IMG/VR virus record: IMGVR_UViG_3300020477_000013
Location: 96,001-160,000 of that record
Direction: 5' to 3' (one strand)
DNA length: 64,000 bases
Source: a virus
Taxonomy: Duplodnaviria; Caudoviricetes
Both the position numbers and the translations under genes were made by a program. Position 1 is the stretch's first letter; every line of letters begins with the position of its first letter. Below the pieces are notes generated by a model. That model was not told the DNA's origin and made no database searches. It saw nothing but the letters and a program-made list of their open reading frames with translations. Below are positions 57,300 through 64,000 of this stretch, piece by piece.

Positions 57300-58951
57300 A
57301 AATCACAAAAAGACAACTCAGGCGAATCATCAAAGAAGAGAAGGCCAGGCTCATGGAGTATGGTGGCCGACCTTATGACCCAACTGTTCCTGGAGACTAC
57401 GAGCGATATCGTGATAATCCGACCGGCGACGCGCCTCCGGGTGGCGAGTGGGATGCAAAACTGGAGAAGATGGCCGATGAAGTCGGTGATCGAGCCGCCG
57501 GTGGATACGAACCATCGATGGACGGTTCTCCTGAAGCGTATGCTGACCATATCCTTGATTGGTATGCTGAAGACCCACCACCTCCGCTCGACGAGATGGA
57601 GGGTTTAGCGTTTGCACTGTCAAAGCCCTATTATAGAAAGGTGATTAAGGCCGCGGTTCTCGAGTACATCGGAATGATGACAGAAGGAAGGGCTTTACAT
57701 GAGCAATACCATTCCATGTCACCAGCCGGCAAATCCTTGTCTAGATCGATTAAAGGTAAATTCATGAGGATGTACCCCGACGCCTCGGTCGGGATTGACG
57801 GTCGTGAAGGGTGGATCACAGTCAATGGTAAAAAGGCTATCAATATGTCCCAGGCTAGCGGACGCGGAATGTCAGATGAAGAAATGATAGACAAGATGCA
57901 TGCAGTATATGCCCAGTCACAAGTAGATCCCGATATCCCAACCGCCGACACGAGAATGGATACGTTTATGGAGGGAAAAATGAAAATCTCAAAACGACAA
58001 CTCAGGCGAATCATCAAAGAAGAGAAGTCGAGGGTTTTATCTGAGCGCCGAATGCAAATTGCACCACGACGAAGGCGTAGCGTTCTGTTGACAGAGCGTA
58101 GTTTACGTTACGTAGCACGCCAGGCTATCATCGATCACAACCGAGGTGTTCGAATTGATGAGAATTGGTTTAGTGACGTAGCAAAGAAGGCCAAGGCCTT
58201 TGTCGCCGATAAAGTGGAAGACGCCCAGATAATGTTTAATGACTTCAAGAAGAAGCTCCCGGGTGGTATGGCAAAGCACATATCTAAGGCGTACAAGAAA
58301 ATGATCAGAGATGTCAAAGAGATGACAGACAAGGTCGATTTTGGGCTATACGATTTGAAAGCTATCGAATGGCAGCCAGATTCCATGGAGGAGGCACTAG
58401 AGAACGGCAAGATCGTCAAGAAGTTCTTTGATGACTTTAACATCGACATGGACATCAACGATCTAATGGGTCAAGAGAATTTTGACGCTGATACCGAGTA
58501 TGATCTCAATCAAAAATTTAAGAAATCCCTAAGGGATGTTATGCAACGAACAGAGTTTTACGTGTTCACTGATACTGAGATTGAGAAAACTAAAAAGAAG
58601 ATTGTCGACGCCCTAGGGGAAAAGAAAGGAAAGGCAGTTGCTGAAGAGATGGCAGAAGAGCTAGTTGCAACAATGAAAGAGTACGAAGAAGACGTGCTTA
58701 GTCGCGATTATGCTGATGAAATATCGCTGGCAGTCCGTGGGTATGCCAAGTCCTTAGCCTATGCTGCTGAGCAAGAGTGGGCAAAGAAGATGGATGAGAA
58801 AGAGCGTCGATTAGCTGGCCTAGAGCGTATGAAGATAGCTGATGCCAACGAAAAAGCAGCTTGGAAGAAGGAGGAGCGACGAAAAGATCGCGCCGCTAAG
58901 AAGAAGTACAGCACTGAGCCGGAGGACCGGACAAGGTCTAAGTGGAGCTAA
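57296..58951 (+). CDS. Leader-family protein 17 (551 aa) with a second in-frame leader at 57980
   Basis: MKITKRQLRRIIKEEKARLME; internal MKISKRQLRRIIKEEKSRVLSE. Confidence 0.85.
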   Translation: MKITKRQLRRIIKEEKARLMEYGGRPYDPTVPGDYERYRDNPTGDAPPGGEWDAKLEKMADEVGDRAAGGYEPSMDGSPEAYADHILDWYAEDPPPPLDEMEGLAFALSKPYYRKVIKAAVLEYIGMMTEGRALHEQYHSMSPAGKSLSRSIKGKFMRMYPDASVGIDGREGWITVNGKKAINMSQASGRGMSDEEMIDKMHAVYAQSQVDPDIPTADTRMDTFMEGKMKISKRQLRRIIKEEKSRVLSERRMQIAPRRRRSVLLTERSLRYVARQAIIDHNRGVRIDENWFSDVAKKAKAFVADKVEDAQIMFNDFKKKLPGGMAKHISKAYKKMIRDVKEMTDKVDFGLYDLKAIEWQPDSMEEALENGKIVKKFFDDFNIDMDINDLMGQENFDADTEYDLNQKFKKSLRDVMQRTEFYVFTDTEIEKTKKKIVDALGEKKGKAVAEEMAEELVATMKEYEEDVLSRDYADEISLAVRGYAKSLAYAAEQEWAKKMDEKERRLAGLERMKIADANEKAAWKKEERRKDRAAKKKYSTEPEDRTRSKWS

Positions 58952-58955
58952 AACA

Positions 58956-59219
58956 ATGAAAATCACCAAACGACAACTTAGAAGAATCATCAAAGAAGAG
59001 AAGGCACGAATCCTTAGGGAGATCCGAGATGAACGATCTCCCCAGGGCCGCCAATCTGCTCGTGGTCCCGCTAGCGCCTATGATCAGGGATATGAAGCAG
59101 GCACAAGGGGCGATCGATCTGAAATGCCACTCGAGCAATACGGTACACCTTTCTACGATGCATGGATGGAAGGCTGGGATGACGGACTAGCTTCATTCCA
59201 TGGTGGCGGAAGCTACTAA
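58956..59219 (+). CDS. Leader-family protein 18 (true start 58956)
   Basis: MKITKRQLRRIIKEEKARILRE. Confidence 0.85.
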   Translation: MKITKRQLRRIIKEEKARILREIRDERSPQGRQSARGPASAYDQGYEAGTRGDRSEMPLEQYGTPFYDAWMEGWDDGLASFHGGGSY

Positions 59220-59266
59220 ACGAAACAGGCAATTTTAGCCAACAATATTATAAAGGAGAAATTACA

Positions 59267-59365
59267 ATGAGAAAAGTATTACATAGATTAGTAAATTTAT
59301 TCAATAACTCACACTGCTGCTGCTGCTGTGGTTGCTGTCCTCACCCTGAGAAGTCTTGCTGTTAG
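59267..59365 (+). CDS. 32-aa Cys-rich micropeptide (not in ORF track)
   Basis: SD AAGGAG; MRKVLHRLVNLFNNSHCCCCCGCCPHPEKSCC. Confidence 0.65.
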   Translation: MRKVLHRLVNLFNNSHCCCCCGCCPHPEKSCC

Positions 59366-59376
59366 GGGTACATGAT

Positions 59377-59631
59377 ATGAGAGTCACTAAGCGGCAACTA
59401 AGGCAAATCATTAGAGAAGCTCTTGAAACCGAAATGGAAGAGGGGGATGTACTTGGTGAGGAAGACCTTGAGGAGTACTGGACACCCGGCATAGATACTT
59501 CAGGCCGGGTAGATACCAGCAGGGCAGACAAAAAGCCTACAGGCCAGGAAATGGGTTGCAAAGATCGAAGGACCGGGAAGACTGTTGAGCCGTATTGGCA
59601 ACAGAGAATGGGAAAATGGGTGTGCCCATAA
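59377..59631 (+). CDS. Leader-family protein 19 (true start 59377)
   Basis: MRVTKRQLRQIIREALE. Confidence 0.85.
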   Translation: MRVTKRQLRQIIREALETEMEEGDVLGEEDLEEYWTPGIDTSGRVDTSRADKKPTGQEMGCKDRRTGKTVEPYWQQRMGKWVCP

Positions 59632-59894
59632 TGAAAATTACAAAAAGACAATTAAGAAGAATCATCAAAGAAGAGAAAGCCAAGCTCGTCTCCGAGATAT
59701 CGGCTGAACGGGGTGCTAGCCTGCCTCGTACCCATATGGGCGAGACAATCACACCAGAGAGCGTCGTTGCCGACCTGTTTAATTTAGCAGCTAAGGTAGA
59801 AGCTTTAGGTGAAGATTTCTTTTCTGACAGCGACAGCTTAGCTGATTGGGCGAATAATTTTATGTCCAGACATAACGTTATGCAGGAGAGATAA
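59631..59894 (+). CDS. Leader-family protein 20 (true start 59631)
   Basis: MKITKRQLRRIIKEEKAKLVSE. Confidence 0.85.
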   Translation: MKITKRQLRRIIKEEKAKLVSEISAERGASLPRTHMGETITPESVVADLFNLAAKVEALGEDFFSDSDSLADWANNFMSRHNVMQER

Positions 59895-59901
59895 CATTAA
59901 A

Positions 59902-60150
59902 ATGAAAATCACGAAGCGACAACTCAGAAGAATCATCAAGGAAGAGAGGGCCAGGTTACTTAATGAAGGGCCTAACCTAGCGCTTCGTAATGCGATCATG
60001 GATACTTACGAGGGCGTGTATGGAGATCTAATCTCACAAGGTGCCGATCCATCGGTTGCACAAGATCGAGCTAGTGATGCAGTTATGTCAGAGGTTGAAG
60101 CCTGGTTGGATGCCGTAGGAATTCCACGCACATATGTGGGATTATCATAA
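59902..60150 (+). CDS. Leader-family protein 21
   Basis: MKITKRQLRRIIKEERARLLNE. Confidence 0.85.
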   Translation: MKITKRQLRRIIKEERARLLNEGPNLALRNAIMDTYEGVYGDLISQGADPSVAQDRASDAVMSEVEAWLDAVGIPRTYVGLS

Positions 60151-60401
60151 TGAAAATCGCCAAACGTCAGCTAAGAAGAATCATCAAAGAAGAGAAAGCA
60201 CGATTGTTGACAGAGGATAGCATTAATGCTGCAGAAGATCGACTTTTCGCCGCTATAGATGACTTTGTACAAGTGGTAGATGAGGAACTAGGGTACGATG
60301 TTCCACTTCACGTGTTACGGCGGCAGGTTGATGATGTAGTTGGCTCAGCTTTTGCACAGTTTGAAGCGGACCAAAAAGCAGAGGATGACTTAAGATCATG
60401 A
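60150..60401 (+). CDS. Leader-family protein 22
   Basis: MKIAKRQLRRIIKEEKARLLTE. Confidence 0.85.
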   Translation: MKIAKRQLRRIIKEEKARLLTEDSINAAEDRLFAAIDDFVQVVDEELGYDVPLHVLRRQVDDVVGSAFAQFEADQKAEDDLRS

Positions 60402-60760
60402 GAATCACAAAACGACAACTCAGACGAATCATTAAAGAAGCCATGGAAGATGAGCCCATCCGCATGATACCAGGTGATTCATTCCCTGCAGATGCGCTTA
60501 AATCAAGGCGCTCCAGGAAACCCCAACCCTCCGGCGAATTCAGAGACACAATCGTTATGAGTCCAACCGGCGATACTCTCCTAGTCGGTGGGCAGGAAGT
60601 GGCTCTTCAAAATGCTGTAAAAGAACTCGAGATACAGTCAGGTCAGCCAGTGTCGGCCATACAAGCAGGTGATATCAACGCGAAGCTATTAAGACAGTAT
60701 GGTCAAGGATACGTTGAGCTTCCAATATCTTGGTCGCCCAATACAGGATGGAAATTCTAA
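60398..60760 (+). CDS. Leader-family protein 23
   Basis: MRITKRQLRRIIKEAME. Confidence 0.85.
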   Translation: MRITKRQLRRIIKEAMEDEPIRMIPGDSFPADALKSRRSRKPQPSGEFRDTIVMSPTGDTLLVGGQEVALQNAVKELEIQSGQPVSAIQAGDINAKLLRQYGQGYVELPISWSPNTGWKF

Positions 60761-61017
60761 TGAAAATCACGAAAAGACAGTTAAAGCAGATCATCAAAGA
60801 AGAGAAGGCAAAGCTCAATGAAGGTGGATGGAGTAAGGGTCCAGAGCGCCTTAGGGAGATTAGGGAAGGAATGCTAGAGGCCTTATTCCAGTCCATCGAT
60901 GCTCAAGCCTCTTATGATCCAGAAGCCCTGGGAATTATTAAGTCTGAAATAATGATGCGAGGCCTAGATTTTAGAAAAGAGGCACTGGCTTACTTACGAG
61001 AACTAGAGGGTTATTAA
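60760..61017 (+). CDS. Leader-family protein 24 (true start 60760)
   Basis: MKITKRQLKQIIKEEKAKLNE. Confidence 0.85.
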   Translation: MKITKRQLKQIIKEEKAKLNEGGWSKGPERLREIREGMLEALFQSIDAQASYDPEALGIIKSEIMMRGLDFRKEALAYLRELEGY

Positions 61018-61018
61018 A

Positions 61019-61333
61019 ATGAAAATTACAAAGAGACAGCTTAGAAGAATCATCAAGGAAGAGAAAGCCCGGCTTGTAAATGAGATCCAGGCTGAGAAAG
61101 ACGTCAGGCAGCTGACCCTTAATCAAGGTGAGGTTGATAAGGTTGAGGCCATGCGATCAGCACTGGATAGAATGTTCTTTGAGTATCGAAAAATAAATTC
61201 AATACCCCCACAATGGCTTGATGACTCCAACGGGTTCGGTACATCCAGGTATGATAAACTAGAAGAACTGTTGATGGATGCAGGCGAAGAAATGTCAGAC
61301 TTGGTACATGATATGAAGAAAGTGGGAATATAA
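61019..61333 (+). CDS. Leader-family protein 25
   Basis: MKITKRQLRRIIKEEKARLVNE. Confidence 0.85.
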   Translation: MKITKRQLRRIIKEEKARLVNEIQAEKDVRQLTLNQGEVDKVEAMRSALDRMFFEYRKINSIPPQWLDDSNGFGTSRYDKLEELLMDAGEEMSDLVHDMKKVGI

Positions 61334-61413
61334 GACTCAGAGTGAGGTTCAAAGGTTGAACCTCGTATCATTAACAAAAAATTATCTATATTAAAAAATG
61401 GGAGGCACCTAAA

Positions 61414-61995
61414 ATGATAGTTACAAAGAGACAATTGAGAAGAATAATCAAGGAAGAAGCACGCCGTCTAATGGAGGACAGCATTGACAGTGAGCTTGAT
61501 CACCTTAAGAAAAATGTGCATGATGATATTGAGCACATTCGTGATCTAAAAGATGACATTAGGGATGATCATGAAGAAGAGCTTCGTGCGGAGAAGGCAC
61601 GCAAGGATGAGTCGCGCCGGAGGACAAAGTCTAAGCTACGCAGGATTGTTCGTCGTACTATCAACGAAGAGCATGCAGACTGGGGCATGGGAAAAGATGA
61701 AGATTCACGTACACACCATGGCGAAAAAGATTATACAGGCCATAAGGGTGATCATTCAAAGACTCATCCAGGTGAATTAGACTATGAAGATGATGCAGCT
61801 GGAAGAGCACATGATGCAATTGCTGCTATTCATGACCTGGCATCTGCAGCAGGCGTTGAGCTTGATGTTACGGCCGGGGATGCTCTTGACAGTGAGGATG
61901 CAACGATCATCGCTATGGAAGGCAGGCTCCGCCGACAGGCACTAAAGAAGCGTATTAAAAGATTGACGAGGGATGCGATCCGCCGAGGACTATAA
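61414..61995 (+). CDS. Leader-family protein 26 (His/Asp-rich)
   Basis: MIVTKRQLRRIIKEEARRLME; internal KLRRIVRRTINE; C-terminal LKKRIKRLTRDAIRR. Confidence 0.85.
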   Translation: MIVTKRQLRRIIKEEARRLMEDSIDSELDHLKKNVHDDIEHIRDLKDDIRDDHEEELRAEKARKDESRRRTKSKLRRIVRRTINEEHADWGMGKDEDSRTHHGEKDYTGHKGDHSKTHPGELDYEDDAAGRAHDAIAAIHDLASAAGVELDVTAGDALDSEDATIIAMEGRLRRQALKKRIKRLTRDAIRRGL

Positions 61996-61996
61996 G

Positions 61997-62239
61997 ATGA
62001 AAATCTCAAAACGACAACTAAGAAGAATTATCAAAGAAGAGAAGGCCAAGTTACTAAAAGAGGCACCGACTCCTGAATTTGGTATATTCGATCAGTATTA
62101 CCTAGCTGATCTACTGATGGAAGAGGTCGAAAGTTTTATGGACCAGACAGGGGTGGATAGCTTCGGGCCGGCCGAGGTCGAGGATATGCGTAATGCAGTC
62201 ATGGCGGCACTTGATACGATTGTGAAACAGGTGAGCTAA
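61997..62239 (+). CDS. Leader-family protein 27 (true start 61997)
   Basis: MKISKRQLRRIIKEEKAKLLKE. Confidence 0.85.
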   Translation: MKISKRQLRRIIKEEKAKLLKEAPTPEFGIFDQYYLADLLMEEVESFMDQTGVDSFGPAEVEDMRNAVMAALDTIVKQVS

Positions 62240-62259
62240 ACCTAAGTGAGGTTAAAATT

Positions 62260-62652
62260 ATGAGAATTTCAAAACAACAATTAAGAAGAATCATCAAAGA
62301 AGAGCGCATGCGAATTCTTTATGAGGAAGTTGAAGAGATGGAGATCAAGGTAGACACTAATGAACACCACTGGCCTCGTGTAGAGTGGTCGAACATTGGT
62401 GAGCTTACCGATAAGTGGGCAGACCAAGAGAGAAATGCTTGGGATAAAGGTGATACGTCTATGCTTCCGGAGAAGCCGGAAGACGTCAGCATATCCGCAT
62501 GGGAAGCAGAGCATAAGGCTGCTTGGGAAGACCAGGTAGAAAATGCTGCATTAGATTTAGAGGCGGAGTTAACCACACGGATCCGCAGGCTAGCTCTTAA
62601 AACGATGCAGGAATTTACTGATTCGCTGATAGCGGGTGATTATTCTGCCTAG
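62260..62652 (+). CDS. Leader-family protein 28
   Basis: MRISKQQLRRIIKEERMRILYE. Confidence 0.85.
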   Translation: MRISKQQLRRIIKEERMRILYEEVEEMEIKVDTNEHHWPRVEWSNIGELTDKWADQERNAWDKGDTSMLPEKPEDVSISAWEAEHKAAWEDQVENAALDLEAELTTRIRRLALKTMQEFTDSLIAGDYSA

Positions 62653-62660
62653 TTTGGTAA

Positions 62661-63506
62661 ATGGGGGTGAAGCAGATGCCTAAAGACAACCACAAGAAAT
62701 TTCTATCAGAACTTAAGGACTTATCACCGACAGAGCGCCGTGTTGCTTTAAAACTAGCACGCTCATCACGTCCTTCAGCGCGAAGGTATATAAGGCTTGT
62801 CTTAGAGAATAAGAAATCCTACAGCAAAGCCGGTACGGGTAGTATGTCTGCTAAGGAGGGTGATTCTCGGCACTCCGCCAAAAGAAAAGGGGATTATTTT
62901 CAAGCTAATGTCATCGCTGAGGGAATTTTTGGGTGGTCTGGCGAAAAGATAATGAAGAAGATTGTTGGTAGGAATTATGCACCCCCTATCCGAGTAGATG
63001 CTGCTGCAAAAAATCTCGAGGTTGCGCTTGGGCAGTATGCGACGTCTTATGCGAGGAAGGCTACGCCTCGCCGTGTATCTCCTGATGAATTTGCTCAAGA
63101 AGCAAAGGCAGGTTTAGCTAAGGGCCTGCGGCTATGTACTTCATTTGCAAGGCACGTTGCTACTTCTTTAGACGCTAAAACTGAACCTGCTCAAATCAAG
63201 AGGGAATCTACGGATATTCGGGAAAAAATTCTGCGTGCAAAGATTAGGGAGCTTCTTGTAAAAGAGCAAGTTGTTGGGTATACGGCGCCGCAAGAAAAAA
63301 AGTCTGATGGTGGGGGATACTTGAGCGTAGGTGACATGGGTGTTGATACAACACTCGGTGATGATTCAACGGACGAAGATCAGGCATCAGCTAACCAGGT
63401 AAGAAAGCTAACACAGCAACGCCAACAAGATTTAGATTCTGGTGATACAGTTGATGCAGAAAATGTGGGTCAACAGCTTGGCATGGCCAGGAAGATGAGA
63501 GGGTAA
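62661..63506 (+). CDS. Hypothetical protein with internal leader-like helices
   Basis: ARRYIRLVLE and ILRAKIRELLVKE. Confidence 0.75.
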   Translation: MGVKQMPKDNHKKFLSELKDLSPTERRVALKLARSSRPSARRYIRLVLENKKSYSKAGTGSMSAKEGDSRHSAKRKGDYFQANVIAEGIFGWSGEKIMKKIVGRNYAPPIRVDAAAKNLEVALGQYATSYARKATPRRVSPDEFAQEAKAGLAKGLRLCTSFARHVATSLDAKTEPAQIKRESTDIREKILRAKIRELLVKEQVVGYTAPQEKKSDGGGYLSVGDMGVDTTLGDDSTDEDQASANQVRKLTQQRQQDLDSGDTVDAENVGQQLGMARKMRG

Positions 63507-63507
63507 A

Positions 63508-64000
63508 ATGAGGGTCACACGAAAGCAACTAAGAAGAATTATTAGAGAAACATGGGCCGATGATGATAGAGATTTCTCTGCACCCCCAGGCGAAGAAGAC
63601 TACTACGCTCCCGGTGGAGAAGGTGAGCAGGTTACGGATACACAGCTCAAAAGAGGCTGGGGTTCATGGCTAGAAGAAAGAGGCCTGGAATTTGAAGACT
63701 TGGACGATCTCGCCCTCGCGGCCGGCGCACCTAACAGGACATGGCTAGATTCCATCCCTCCGCATGATGGTTTCATCGGCCCGTTGGATGTTGGGGTGTG
63801 GGTAAAAGATATACAGGCTGCTAAGGAAATATTGTCAACAAGAGCAGGAGACTACAGTTCGTCGCCACATGGTAAGAAGATGAATGAAGGCGTTGACCCC
63901 CGAGGCCTTAAGACATATCTCAAAAGCCTGGGGGTCAAGCGAAGCTTCGGCAACTTGACCGATGTTCTATCAACAGTGTTTAACGAATTCGAGGGTGATG
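63508..64000 (+). CDS. Leader-family protein 29 (3' partial, not in ORF track)
   Basis: MRVTRKQLRRIIRETWADDD...; frame open to window end. Confidence 0.8.
   Translation, partial: MRVTRKQLRRIIRETWADDDRDFSAPPGEEDYYAPGGEGEQVTDTQLKRGWGSWLEERGLEFEDLDDLALAAGAPNRTWLDSIPPHDGFIGPLDVGVWVKDIQAAKEILSTRAGDYSSSPHGKKMNEGVDPRGLKTYLKSLGVKRSFGNLTDVLSTVFNEFEGD

Larger units (their letters stand above)
50524..64000 (+). repeat. Dispersed in-frame repeat family: about 45-60 bp gene 5' ends encoding MKITKRQLRRIIKEE (30 copies)
   Basis: Consensus ATGAARATYACNAARMGACARCTNMGAAGAATCATCAARGAAGAG; variation mostly synonymous. Confidence 0.95.

Noticed and set aside
54298-61997. Upstream-extended starts in the ORF track (54298, 54521, 54879, 56561, 56916, 58842, 59356, 59595, 60730, 61973)
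   Set aside because: They overlap the previous gene; the leader ATG just after the upstream stop is the consistent start
53444-64000. Regularly recurring 45-60 bp repeats read as a CRISPR array
   Set aside because: The repeats are in-frame gene starts varying at synonymous positions, the intervals are 250-700 bp ORFs of uneven length, and no cas genes are visible
50524-64000. Integron or diversity-generating retroelement behind the array
   Set aside because: No attC-like palindromes, tyrosine integrase, reverse transcriptase or adenine-specific TR/VR pair seen in the window

Overview
This window looks like part of a very large tailed bacteriophage (jumbo/huge phage) genome. It is densely coding, almost entirely on the + strand, uses Shine-Dalgarno sites and genetic code 11, and has no ribosomal-protein or other housekeeping operons. 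The modules are: (1) 1-11 kb: DnaE C-terminus, then a candidate cytosine hypermodification cluster (TMK-like kinase, T4 beta-glucosyltransferase-like GT-B, two NDP-sugar epimerases, and a thymidylate-synthase homolog with the dCMP-type Asp), plus thymidine kinase, a DHH phosphoesterase and dCMP deaminase. (2) 7-29 kb: large acidic proteins and enzyme-like domains (SOD, zeta-like kinase, PCD, ligase-like and HIGH nucleotidyltransferases, PD-(D/E)xK nucleases), many carrying short recurring helical tags at their termini. (3) 29-49 kb: 5'-3' exonuclease, GroEL, a sigma70 whose region 4.2 appears to be on a separate ORF, peptide deformylase, DnaK, DnaJ, a MopE-repeat/vWA secreted protein suggesting a myxobacterial host, a TylF-like methyltransferase, TilS next to its putative substrate tRNA(CAU), two Arg tRNAs and GuaB. 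(4) 50.5-64 kb: 29 genes (plus one internal copy) sharing an N-terminal MKITKRQLRRIIKEE leader, usually followed by an L-x-E site, each fused to unrelated acidic cargo. The best hypothesis for this array is a capsid-targeting/propeptide cassette system; that interpretation is inference. All assignments come from reading motifs by eye; no database searches were run.
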